Shown: in pieces, positions 11,901-22,275 of the stretch
Numbering within the stretch: the first letter of the stretch is position 1
Layout of the letters: every line of letters starts with the position of its first letter
Origin: Macrostomum lignano
Lineage: Eukaryota
NCBI GenBank assembly: GCA_002269645.1
Contig: NIVC01004625.1
Location: 1-40,296 of the forward strand
Length of the DNA: 40,296 nt
Reading direction: 5' to 3'
Translations under genes and position numbers: made by a program
The notes under the pieces: model-generated
What the model saw: the letters and a program-made list of their open reading frames with translations, nothing else
Databases searched by the model: none
What the model was told of the DNA's origin: nothing

Positions 11901-12284
11901 CCAGTTCTCCTTGAGGGTCCGGCAGTTCCAGGTTGCCAGCCAAAGGGGGTGCTCTGGTACGGCTGGGGCCCGATGCTGTTGGGCCTCGTGGTCCCCGGCG
12001 CCACCCGGAGGATCCAGGGCCTCGGCCTCCCGCCTGCCTGCGCGCTTTGCTGCTCCATGGGCACGACTGCGCCGGTTGCGCTCTCTGCGCCGCTGGGTGC
12101 GGCGGGCAGCACTGCGCTGGCCGCGGGGGGTCTTGGCCTTGCCGCTGTTGGCTGCCGCAGCTTGAGGGCGCGGCACTCCGAGCCAACCTTGGCTATGCTC
12201 CGGGGCGATGCTCTGCCCAGGGGTGCCAGGAGGTCGCGGCATATTTATACGCCAGGGGCGTATAAATAAGATGGCTCTTATTTA
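8955..12284 (-). mobile_element. Full-length RTE-clade non-LTR retrotransposon
   Basis: Single APE+RT ORF. 13-bp TSD TCTCTCATAAGTA at 8942-8954 and 12285-12297. Short pyrimidine-rich 3' UTR ending in a TGTA-type repeat tail. Much more GC-rich than its flanks. Confidence 0.92.
9072..12242 (-). CDS. APE endonuclease + reverse transcriptase polyprotein (1056 aa, intact)
   Basis: APE motifs ATWNCRTL, VALQE, GGVG, AYAP, LGDLNA, LDHVL, SDH. RT motifs PIPKK, RGISL, QNGFR, VDFRKAFDSV, GVLQGDTLAPFLF, YADD. RTE-type C-terminal RRRRLQLAGHVIR and no zinc knuckle. Confidence 0.96.
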   Translation of the reverse strand: MPRPPGTPGQSIAPEHSQGWLGVPRPQAAAANSGKAKTPRGQRSAARRTQRRRERNRRSRAHGAAKRAGRREAEALDPPGGAGDHEAQQHRAPAVPEHPLWLATWNCRTLKENWRQGLLAKLAQETKMDLVALQEVSIVAGPGLQREELGAGWSLLYTSADERGHGGVGVLVGPKLQQSVCCQSLSPRLLRIDLRLRSRSAHIFCAYAPTAAHPDEARVFFEFLSGQVEAVAQRDTVIVLGDLNAVMRRSDRAPFVTPRENANTEALTDFVARHDMVSMNTWFRKPEQRLATFAGCKRPRRNNNRRRNATTRLAQLDHVLLHFRERGRVTNCDTILPLAPKSDHKLLFCDIKLKDPLYRPPKRKPKHFFRALRDDATQVHFARAFVDALDGKKEADYPEICTAVQSAAEWTLPLVKPLQKGRPVWEVDPEVQSARLRLEQLRRAGRTAEVDEAEAALAAAYEQGQQAAVEETIRTVTTAGHDGKRRAVWSAVNALTGRKSRTSLNLPGDTAEARRNELRDFFGAIVNAPPPVLQAEMPLPPEVALPKEEDFDVSPITLDEVVLQAKKSPGGKAAGPDEIPVEALRVLPVARAVAGVMNRVLDGGAAPTEWTTAHMIPIPKKPGTTRKEEHRGISLMSCAAKLFNKILLTRLQPVLDPFLRHEQNGFRPHRGTATQILALRRTIEEARTRQATLICVFVDFRKAFDSVARGALVPVLRAYHVPQRLVSAVMALYQDTQAAVVTPDGLSDPFSTTSGVLQGDTLAPFLFVLVLDWVLRTALPSDADGFMLCRRTSSHHPEKRLSLLGYADDLALLASTADGAQRMLDSLVAIAATVGLVVNTDKTEVLTVPAELPANITCRGADGHAAPLPRCTRFTYLGGLVPSVQEDLARRRGLAWAAFRSVRVVLQSAALPDRLRSRLFQAVVETVLTYNAETWTLTETLEKRLDAAHSSLLRAAFGISYPEVVSNAALYRRAGLRPPSETIRRRRLQLAGHVIRAETYCPEPVQDVLLLTLRGPWRRGQARTRRYVDCLLADAGVIGQTNAAAAFREQARRRVL

Positions 12285-13999
12285 TCTCTCATAAGTATAC
12301 TTATGCTTATGGTGTTGCAGCAGCTTCAAAATGCTTATACAGTTACAAAGGCCTTTTTGCTGCCCATTTTAATTTGAAAATGCAGAAAATATGAAATTAT
12401 TCGGAGATATTCAAAAGAGACTTGCAGTCGATGTACTTGTGCACTGATGTAACTGCACTCTCATACAAGAAAGTGCAATAACTATATGCACTAATTCAAG
12501 GCCTCTGTGTACACCCTGGGATATTGATGAGCGCTGTACGTACATTTACACATATTTACTACTGGACTGGATTATACCGAAAGTGTAATAATTATTCAAT
12601 ATAAAAATTATAAATACGCTTTCTTTCCAATTCATCCGCAACCGATGCTTAAAAAACTATTTCTTGTCGAGATCGCGTCCATGAAAGAAGTGTTCGAATG
12701 GGAACCTTGATCGATAATTTCGACCCAGTCCTGTCGAATATCGTCCGAAACTGCGTGACGAACAGACTCCCCTGGAAGTCAGATTCAATTACTTTAGCAC
12801 AAGATGGGCGATGATTACATGTAGATGTTTCTGAGGCATGGAAGAACTCAGTCAGCACTATCTGTTCTCAAAGGTGCATAACATGCATTTGCAAATTACA
12901 CGTAATTATAATTTACATGAACGCTCGTATAGAATACAATTTACATGTACCAGAGGTCCATCCTTTTGAAGCTTATAGCAGATCAAGCATTAATATAAGA
13001 TTAAATATAGTTTTTAATAATAATTAATTAATATTTAATATGGCAGGCTGTACAAACATTTATTTTTACCTGCGCAATCGAACGCTACTATTAGTAGTTC
13101 TGATTTGAGGAAATGTACAATTGCCAATCTCAGTCTTGGACTGAACAGCCGTACGCAGCCTTGCACAATTAATAAAATAAGTCATTGTCACAAGCAGCAG
13201 AGATCTCGGACTAAACTCTGCAAATAAAGATAATTTTGCGGTTACAAATATTGATTGAATTTTACTGCAATTCAGTCAGCAGTGAGGCGCTGTCAATCAA
13301 ACCACCTCGCTCAGTCGGTAATTATTATTTATTTATTTAATTATTATCGTAAGCGAGGCAATCCGTCGCGGCAAAAATCACACAGAAATTTTAATAAAGA
13401 AAAATCCGGGTCGGCGAAGCTATGAGGTTATTTTTGAAGCGGCGTCATGAAAAATTAAATTTACGAGTTACACTCCAAGCGGCTACTAACAGTAGCAAGC
13501 CAAACAAATCCGACCCGAAATTGTTCTTCATTTAACAAAAATCTACTGAGCGCCAATTCAATTGTAGTGCGTAGACGTGTTTTTATTATTTATTAATTAG
13601 TGCACTGTTCAACTATGTTATCTCGGGTAGAACTATTAATACAAGCCATCAGAGGATCAATCCTACCTGCAACTTTCTGGACACACAGAGCAAAGTTTGC
13701 AATTCTAAAACCAGGCAAGCAAGTAAAATGGAGAGAGGTTTAACAAAGCGCGATGTTTTGCAGGAAAAAAACTGAAGCAACAACACAAACAGTACACGGT
13801 TGCTGAATATTATCATAACAAATAACAGCGGTATAACTGCGATGAGTCGCTTGTTAAGAAATCAGAATTAAAACAACACAATACGAAGCTAGACAAATTA
13901 ACTGAAAGCAGAGAATGACAACACAAAAAAATTAGTTGCACAACATCTACGATACTCTGAAAAGTTATCGTCAGACAAACCAATGGAAAACTACTGATA

Positions 14000-14283
14000 A
14001 ATGTACGTTGTGGGTAGAAGCGGGGGTAAGACAGCGGGAGTGAGGTGGGTGGCATTGACTGCCGATGAATGTGCATTGGGGTAGAGAGGCAGGGTTAAGC
14101 CGGGGGAGTGAGGTGGGTGGCATTGACTGCCGATGAGTGTACATTGGGGGTAGAGGGGCAGGGAGAGACAGGGGGAGTGAGGTGGGTGGAATTGACTGCT
14201 GATGAATGTACATTGGGGGTAGAGGCAGGGTTAAGACAGGGGAGTGAGGTGGGTGGCATTGACTGCCGATGAATGTACATTGC
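14000..14283. repeat. G-rich minisatellite, about 68-bp unit, about 4 copies
   Basis: Unit starts at 14000, 14068, 14136, 14205 and 14272. Confidence 0.9.
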
Positions 14284-15371
14284 GGGTAGGGGGTTCCTTA
14301 GGGCACTTAAGGAAATATTAATTCAGGAGTTTTCCATTGAGTAACCAGCCAGACCAATTGGAGGTCACAGTGATTTTCGAACCCCCCCCCCAAAGCTGAG
14401 AGACGATAGTTTCAGGCCTACAATAATATAAATATACATATGCATCGATATCTAAACGAAAGTACACAGGTGTTGTTGGGTTTTAAAAGGCTGGTGCAAA
14501 AATAAATAATAAATGAATAAAAATCAAATCTGACATACAGACGTATTATTTATATATAAGAGAGAAATTAATACGAGAACGACATAGCAAGATTTAGTCG
14601 CGAACAGAATGAAATAAATTATGATAACCGATGCGAGTAATTAAAAAACAGCAGGCTTTTATATTGAAATTTATTAAAGCCAGGTGTCTTCTCGAAGCAC
14701 AGAGGAGTGATGATTGAAAATAAAACAGTTATAGTATGGCATAAAATTTAGATATAAAAATGATATTTCACACAACACACGCACTAACAAAAAAGGGGGA
14801 CTGTTATCACAGAAAGCAAATTAGCGGAATACAAAGACACTGCCTGTGTTCTAAAGTTTTATTTAGTCTTTTATACATACCCACCATAATTTTTTTAAAT
14901 AGCATACATACTACTTGCCGCTAGTAGTGCAACAGCCTCGTTACCTATCAAGAGAAACTTCACAATACAGCCCCCAGTATTTTGTAAACATATTGAAATT
15001 TGTTAAAAATGGAAAATTGCACACTTAAATCTAATTAAAATGAAACAATAGAGCAGAGTAATACTAAATTAACTTGGATTTGCAAGGTTAGCTGACAACA
15101 ATAAAACTGATATTTTGCATTACAAGCTCGCTTGAGTTTGGCTAAGCCTACATTATCCCACTCAAAGGATTGCATAGCGGCGAGCATTCAAACATTTTTT
15201 AAAGATGGCTTTTATAAAGCCGAAAAATTAAATTAGTAGCAATAAACACAAAGTATAAAATGTTATGTTAACTGGAAGAAGTATGCAGCTTTGAGTAGCC
15301 AGTTGCTATGCAAACAGATAAATTCGCAATGGATCTCATCTGACTGAGTCGGGATCAGCCTAATTCAATAG

Positions 15372-15938
15372 AGATGTGATCTCACTTGAGTCTGATGAGA
15401 TCTCAGTGGAGTCTGGTGAGATCTCACTTGAGTATGATGGGATCTCACTGGAGTATGATGGGATCTCACTTGAGTCTGATGGGATTTCACTTGAGTATGA
15501 TGAGATCTCACTTGAGTCTGATGGGATTTCACTTGAGTATGATGGGATCTCATTTGAGTCTGATGGGATCTCAATTGAGTCTGATGGGATCTCACTTGAG
15601 TCTGATGGGATCTCATTTGAGTCTGATGGGATCTCACTCTTGAGAATGATAAGATCTCACTGGAGTATGATGGGATCTCACTTGAGTCTGATGAGATCTC
15701 ACTTAAGTATGATGGGATCCCACTTGAGACTGTTGGGATCTCAATTGAGTCTGGTGGGATCTTAATTGAGTATGGTGGGATCTCACTTGAGTCTGATGGG
15801 ATCTCAATTGAGTCTGATGGGATCTCAATTGAGTCTGATGGGATCTCACTCTTGAGTATGATGGGATCTCACTCTTGAGTATGATGGGATCTCACTCTTG
15901 AGTATGATGGGATCTCACTCTTGAGTATGATGGGATCT
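15372..15938. repeat. 21-bp minisatellite (GATGGGATCTCACTTGAGTCT), with 23-bp variants at the end
   Basis: Directly visible tandem units. Confidence 0.93.
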
Positions 15939-16256
15939 CAAAGGAGTGTGACAGAATCTTATCTGCGAAGGCTGGGATCTTACCCGAGTGGGATGGCACC
16001 CCACTCGAATGTGATGGTATCTGACCTGATTGACTTGGGGAATCAGTTCCTCATTTTGGTACGCAGGTTTGGGTTAAGCCTAGAGCCTGGATTAAGCAAG
16101 GGAAACAATAAATATTTAATAATTAATATAATAACCAACAGAAATGTGATTAAAAACACAAATTATAAACTGAATAAGTAGATGGAGATTAGCGCCTGGC
16201 TGATATGAAGCGGCAAAACATTGGCTCAGTGTCTTACTTTCCCCCTCCCCCAAATT

Positions 16257-16820
16257 TCAATCTTCGGCCTCAGACTCGGCCGGGTTGCCGTGCAGAAACG
16301 GGCAGGTGTCACCTTTGAAGCACTCGCCAGCCGACCAGAACTTGCAGATGACCCGGTTGAGGTCGTGCGCGAACTCGCAGTCCTCCTTCTTGCAGCGGCC
16401 TCGCAGTAGAAACGAACAGGCCCGCTTAGACTTCTCAAGCGGCGTCATCGGCTGCCGGCGAACCGGAGTTGGAGAAGTCTGCTGCTGCTGCTGCTTCTGA
16501 TCCGGCTTGGGCGGCACCGGCTTCCGAGACCACATCTGGCAGCGAAGGCGGTCCAGCTGGGTCCACTGAGCCATGCGGCCCAGCAACTCGTTGGCAGGCA
16601 GGGCGACTATGCCGGTTGCCATGGCAACTGTTGGTGGCTTAGCAACGGAGACACTAGACGACGCGGAGACGGAGGCTGCGACAGATGCAGCAGCAGTGGA
16701 GCTGACCGAGCCCTGATCGCTGGGGGCGTCCGCTGCAATGTCGTCAATGTCGAGCAGCGCCTGCGGCAGCAATTCCTCCTCTTGGCTGGGCAGGTTGTCG
16801 AAATCGTGATCGCTGAGCAG
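16257..16820 (-). CDS. PWI-like/CCCH gene, exon 5 with two tandem CCCH zinc fingers
   Basis: Acceptor CCCATCTGCAG, phase 0. Sequence CSFLLRGRCKKEDCEFAH-DLNRVI-CKFWSAGECFKGDTCPFLH. Stop TGA at 16257-16259. The five exons sum to 1947 nt, or 648 aa plus stop. Confidence 0.85.
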   Translation of the reverse strand: MLSDHDFDNLPSQEEELLPQALLDIDDIAADAPSDQGSVSSTAAASVAASVSASSSVSVAKPPTVAMATGIVALPANELLGRMAQWTQLDRLRCQMWSRKPVPPKPDQKQQQQQTSPTPVRRQPMTPLEKSKRACSFLLRGRCKKEDCEFAHDLNRVICKFWSAGECFKGDTCPFLHGNPAESEAED

Positions 16821-16844
16821 CTGCAGATGGGGGATGGATGGGGC

Positions 16845-16935
16845 ACTGACTGACTGACTGACTGACTGACTGACTGACTGACTGACTGACTGACTGACTG
16901 ACTGACTGACTGACTGACTGACTGACTGACTGACT
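16845..16935. repeat. (ACTG)n microsatellite filling intron 4
   Basis: About 22 perfect tetramer units. Confidence 0.97.
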
Positions 16936-16968
16936 AACTAACCAACAAGCCAGGTATAGCATACACAC

Positions 16969-17473
16969 CTCAGCCTCATCCTCCATCAAGGACATGCCAG
17001 TGAGCAGTCCGCAGTTGGTATTAACGGCACCAATAATCTGCTCGCTGTCGGGCAAATCCAGCGACAGAGGCTCCGACAACCGATTAAGAAGAAGTCTGTC
17101 GGGATCTGCTTTGCTGCTACTAGAAGCAGGTGCGGCGGCAGCTGCGGAAGCCAATTCGTCTTCAATCTCCCTGTTGAAGCTGTGCAGAATGTGGCTGACG
17201 AGCTGAAGGATCTCAGAGCCTTCGCTAGTGACGCTGACAGCATCGTCTCCGTCTTCATCTTCCTCCTCAGCCTCCACAGCTTCATCCAGTTCCTTCTCGT
17301 CAGCTTCCAACTCCTCTTCCAGCTCCTCATCCCCGAGGTACTCGTCGCCCTCTAGGAAGCCTTCGTCGGTGGTGACGGCCGTCGATGCACAGGAGGCCAC
17401 AACGCGGCGTTGTCGGCGATGAAGTCGACGGCCAGGCAGCCGGCTCTGGTGCTGCAGGCTGAGCGGCGGGCCT
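16969..17473 (-). CDS. PWI-like/CCCH gene, exon 4 (acidic low-complexity region)
   Basis: Acceptor TTGCAG, phase 2, just past an in-frame TGA. Frame of ORF 16744..17400. Donor GAG|GTGTGT, phase 0. Confidence 0.7.
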
Positions 17474-17539
17474 CTGCAAGTTCAGTTTGAGCAGCGGGTG
17501 AGCAGCACGATCGGGACGGACTTATAAATAGACGACAGT

Positions 17540-18797
17540 TTGAAGTAGAGATTCTTAGAAAGATCGATTTTGAAGTAGAGATTCTTGGAAACAAAGCGAC
17601 ATTTTTAAAGTAGAGATTCTTGGAAACAAAGCGACATTCATAAAAGTAGAGATTCTTGGAAACAAAGCGACATTTTTAAAGTAGAGATTCGTGGAAACAA
17701 AGCGACATTCATGAAGTAGAGATTCTTGAAAACAAAGCGACATTTTTAAAGTAGAGATTCTTGGAAACAAAGCGACATTCATAAAAGTAGAGATTCTTGA
17801 AAACAAAGCGACATTCATGAAGTAGAGATTCTTGGCAACAAAGCGACATTCAGGAAGTAGAGATTCTTGGAAACAAAGAGACATTCATGAAGTAGAGATT
17901 CTTGGCAACAAAGCGACATTCATGAAGTAGAGATTCTTGGAAACAAAGCGACATTTTTGAAGTAGAGATTCTTGGAAACAAAGCGACATTCATGAAGTAG
18001 AGATTCTTGGAAACAAAGCGACATTCAGGAAGTAGGGATTCTTGGAAACAAAGCGACATTCATGAAGTAGAGATTCTTGGAAACAAAGCGACATTTTTGA
18101 AGTAGAGATTCTTGGAAACAAAGCGACATTCATGAAGTAGAGATTCTTGGAAACAAAGCGACATTCAGGAAGTAGGGATTCTTGGAAACAAAGCGACATT
18201 CATGAAGTAGAGATTCTTGGAAACAAAGCGACTTCATAAAGTAGAGATTCTTAGAAACAAGGCGACATTCATGAAGTAGAGATTCTTGGAAACAAAGCGA
18301 CATTCATGAAGTAGAGATTCTTGGAAACAAAGCGACATTCATGAAGTAGAGATTCTTGGCAACAAAGCGACATTCAGGAAGTAGAGATTCTTGGAAACAA
18401 AGAGACATTCATGAAGTAGAGATTCTTGGCAACAAAGCGACATTCAGGAAGTAGAGATTCTTGGAAACAAAGCGACATTCAGGAAGTAGAGATTCTTGGA
18501 AACAAAGCGACATTTTTAAAGTAGAGATTCTTGGAAACAAAGCGACATTTTTGAAGTAGAGATTCTTGGAAACAAAGCGACATTCATAAAGTAGAGATTC
18601 TTAGAAACAAGGTGACATTCATGAAGTAGAGATTCTTGGAAACAAAGCGACATTTTTGAAGTTTAGATTCTTGGAAACAAAGCGACATTCATGAAGTAGA
18701 GATTCTTGGCAACAAAGCGACATTCAGGAAGTAGAGATTCTTGGAAACAAAGAGACATTCATGAAGTAGAGATTCTTGGAAACAAAGCGACATTCGT
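17540..18797. repeat. 35-bp minisatellite (GAAGTAGAGATTCTTGGAAACAAAGCGACATTCAT) in intron 3
   Basis: Period 35 (for example 18064 and 18099), about 36 units. Confidence 0.96.
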
Positions 18798-18888
18798 GAA
18801 AAGTCTGTAGCTGGTTTCTTACAAAAATCTAGCGATTCTTAGAAAAAACTACAGTTTAATCATCCATATGTTACCCCCCCAGCCATAC

Positions 18889-19342
18889 CTAGCCCAAGCT
18901 GAGCCGGCATATCTGCCGGAGCCGTCGATCGGTTTATTCGCAGCTCTACTAGCAGAGCCTCCAGCGGCCTCGAAACAGCCGTCGCGCCTCAGCGCTTCGG
19001 CCAGGGCGGGAAAGGCGCAGACATAGTCCTCGGTGGCGGCGGCGGCTGGAGCGGCAAGCTCCTCAGGCGTGCTGGCCTGGCCTGAGTCCGTCACATCGAT
19101 AGTCGCTCCGCTGTCCTCGTCTGCAGTGCCAGCAGCAGCAGCAACAACTGTACGCGAAATTCCATCAACAATGTCTTCGACTTGGTTGATTGCGCTGGCT
19201 TTGACCCGGAATCGGAACTCGCCGCCAGCGCCGGGACTGCCGACCTCTTCTTCGGCTAGCTGAGGCAGCCGCTTGGGGTTCGGCTGCAGAGCTGCGCCGC
19301 CTGTGGCAGCGTTGAGCCGCCTTAGGCGGTAGCAGAGCTCGT
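18889..19342 (-). CDS. PWI-like/CCCH gene, exon 3
   Basis: Acceptor CTACAG. The junction restores ...ELI-D-ELCYRL. Open through TEDYVCAFPAL...SAWAR. Donor AG|GTATGG, phase 2. Confidence 0.75.
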
Positions 19343-19370
19343 CTGTAGTGGGCGAACAGAGAGGGAATTT

Positions 19371-19781
19371 TAAAGGACTTCTTGAACTTTTATTAAAAGA
19401 CTTCTTGAACTTTTATTTAAGGACTTCTTGAACTTTTATTAAAGGACTTTTTGAACTTTTATTAAAGAACTTCTTTGAACTTTACTAAAGGACTTCTTGA
19501 ACTTTTATTAAGGGACTTCTTGAAATTTTATAAGGGACTTCTTGAACTTTTATTAAAAGCCTTCTTTGAACTTTACTAAAGGACTTCTTGAACTTTTATT
19601 ACAGGACTTTTTGAAATTTTATTAAGGGACTTCTTGAACTTTTATTAAAAGCCTTCTTTGAACTTTACTAAAGGACTTCTTGAACTTTTATTACAGGACT
19701 TCTTGAAATTTTATTACAGGACTTCTTGAACTTTTATTACAGGACTTCTTGAACTTTTATTACAGGACTTCTTGAACTTTT
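19371..19781. repeat. 22-23-bp AT-rich minisatellite (GGACTTCTTGAACTTTTATTACA) in intron 2
   Basis: Visible tandem units. Confidence 0.93.
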
Positions 19782-19872
19782 AGAATAGCATTTATAACAA
19801 CTCTGTTTAGACTACTTGACTGGTTATTTTGTCCAATAAAGACTACCTCCTATCACTTCAACACAGCCTTAC

Positions 19873-20111
19873 CAATCAACTCGTCCAATTCGTAGGGGTC
19901 ATTGCAAGCCGACTGCAGGCATTGCACCGCCTCGGCCCGCTTCCTGCTGCTCACGCCGCTGGCCAGCCCGATGGCAGCTTCGCTTGAGGAGTCGGAGAGC
20001 AGAGTGGCTTGCTGCTGCTGCTGCAGCTGCTGTTGCCTCCTGCGCCTCGACTTTCGACCAGGCCGTTTGACTCCGGCGGCAGAGTCCGACTCCTGATCGG
20101 AGACTTCGCTT
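19873..20111 (-). CDS. PWI-like/CCCH gene, exon 2
   Basis: Open frame SEVSDQES...KRAEAVQCLQSACNDPYELDELI. Donor G|GTAAGG, phase 1. The acceptor CGCAG is the phase-compatible AG but has a weak pyrimidine tract. Confidence 0.65.
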
Positions 20112-20302
20112 CTGCGCGAGTTTGCCGGGTTTGAAAATCAATGAGTTGCTATATAATATTTATACCTGTTTACTAGCATTAATTATTTACTATTATGAAG
20201 ACGGTTGCGTTTACCAAAACTATTATTAAGTAAAACTGCCATAGACATGTTATATAGCTGCGTATCGTATACTCGTACTCGATTCTATTATATAGCAAAT
20301 GG

Positions 20303-21053
20303 GTTAGCAATGCTTTAGAATCCTTCATCTAGCAGACAGATTAGCAATCCTTTAGAATCCTTTATCTAGCAGATAGATTAGCAATCCTTTAGAATCCTTC
20401 ATCTAGCAGATAGATTAGCAATCCTTTAGAATCCTTCATCTAGCAGATAGATTAGCAATCCTTTAGAATCCTTCATCTAGCAGATAGATTAGCAATGCTT
20501 TAGAATCCTTCATCTAGCAGATAGATTAGCAATCCTTTAGAATCCTTCATCTAGCAGATAGATTAGCAATCCTTTAGAATCCTTCATCTAGCAGATAGAT
20601 TAGCAATCCTTTAGAATCCTTCATCTAGCAGATAGATTAGCAAACCTTTAGAATCCTTCATCTAGCAGATAGATTAGCAATCCTTTAGAATCCTATATCT
20701 AGCAGATAGATTAGCAATGCTTTAGAATCCTTCATCTAGCAGATAGATTAGCAATCCTTTAGAATCCTTCATCTAGCAGATAGATTAGCAATCCTTTAGA
20801 ATCCTTCATCTAGCAGATAGATTAGCAATCCTTTAGAATCCTTCATCTAGCAGATAGATTAGCAATCCTTTAGAATCCTTCATCTAGCAGATAGATTAGC
20901 AATGCTTTAGAATCCTTTTTCTAGCAGATAGATTAGCAATCCTTTAGAATCCTATATCTAGCAGATAGATTAGCAATCCTTTAGAATCCTTTTTCTAGCA
21001 GATAGATTAGCAATGCTTTAGAATCCTTTATCTAGCAGATAGATTAGCAATCC
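20303..21053. repeat. 37-bp minisatellite (GATTAGCAATCCTTTAGAATCCTTCATCTAGCAGATA) in intron 1
   Basis: Period 37 (20401 and 20438), about 20 units, highly homogeneous. Confidence 0.96.
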
Positions 21054-21577
21054 ATTGTGATCATTGCTTTTAGTTTATATCGTATAATAGAAGTTTTAGA
21101 TCACCTAGAAAAAGACTTACTAAATATTTCTACCAACTATGGCATTATTGCATTAAATTTTGCATGGATACACGAAGCCTAAGGCTACTTAAAAGGCAGC
21201 AAAAAGATAAGATAAAGATATCTTGGGTATAATATTTATAATTCATTCCGACTGCGTACTTTAAAGGTACACGTCCAATGTACATTAGAGAAATTTATCC
21301 ATGTGCCAGACCCTAAAATCAGCATGTCTGGCACAGCTCTACATTATATAATAGAGTTCTGCTTATCCATGGCAGCGTAGACTATCCTAGCTAGTAACAA
21401 AAATTTAACTTTTAAGATAAGTGATCTGATACTAACTGCCAAGTGAAAGGTAAATCTTATAATGCAAAATTATGAGGATTTCTACTTTTAAACTTGACAT
21501 GGTTGCTATTTTAATTAAGTTTAGCACAGCCTAAAAATAGTACGGTATCAAATACAGAACTGGAGGTCTTGGAATAA

Positions 21578-22215
21578 GGATCTGGGAGGCTGGCCCAGTA
21601 ACTGAGGATCTGGGAGGCTGGCCCAGTAACTGAGGATCTGGGAGGCTGGCCCAGTAACTGAGGATCTGGGAGGCTGGCCGAGCAACTGAGGATCTGGGAG
21701 GCTGGCCCAGCAACTGAGGATCTGGGAGACTGGCCCAGAAACTGAGGATCTGGGAGGCTGGCCCAGCAGCTGAGGATCTGGGAGACTGGCCCAGAAACTG
21801 AGGATCTGGGAGGCTGGCCCAGCAGCTGAGGATCTGGGAGGCTGGCCCAGCAGCTGAGGATCTGGGGGCTGGCCCAGCAGCTGAGGATCTGGGAGGCTGG
21901 CCCAGCAGCTGAGGATCTGGGGGCTGGCCCAGCAGCTGAGGATCTGGGAGGCTGGCCCAGCAGCTGAGGATCTGGGAGGCTGGCAACTGAGGATCTGGGA
22001 GGCTGGCAACTGAGGATGTGGGAGGCTAGCTGCATAGCAACTGAGGATGTGGGAGGCTGGCTGCATAGCAACTGAGGATGTGGGAGGCTGGCTGCATAGC
22101 AACTGAGGATGTGGGAGGCTGGCTGCATAGCAACTGAGGATGTGGGAGGCTGGCTGCATAGCAACTGAGGATGTGGGAGGCTGGCTGCATAGCAACTGAG
22201 GATCTGGGAGGCTGG
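21578..22215. repeat. Compound 28-bp/31-bp minisatellite (ACTGAGGATCTGGGAGGCTGG core) in intron 1
   Basis: Period 28 (21601 and 21629) switching to period 31 (22041 and 22072) through shorter transitional units. Confidence 0.94.
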
Positions 22216-22275
22216 CCACCCAAAAGACATGACAAGAAGCGCACGCAGAATGAAGCAATTCCCTCCGCAACTTAC

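Noticed and set aside
9052-12269. Many plus-strand and alternative-frame ORFs up to 325 aa overlapping the RTE
   Set aside because: Shadow ORFs expected from GC-rich coding DNA; no recognisable motifs
12100-12284. HDV-like or hammerhead ribozyme at the RTE 5' end
   Set aside because: GCAGAGC is present, but I could not fit a P1 partner, a P3/L3 core or a CUGANGA...GAAA pair by eye. An Infernal/RNArobo scan would be decisive.
12649-12858. Possible isolated exon
   Set aside because: Several frames are open, there is no motif, and there is no phase-consistent link to neighbouring exons
17474-18888. Alternative splice using donor 18874 and acceptor 17521
   Set aside because: Weaker AAG acceptor, and it leads to a premature stop before the zinc fingers; not preferred without reads
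17540-21053. 35-bp and 37-bp repeats of CRISPR-like length
   Set aside because: Head-to-tail units without unique spacers, in eukaryotic introns, with no cas genes
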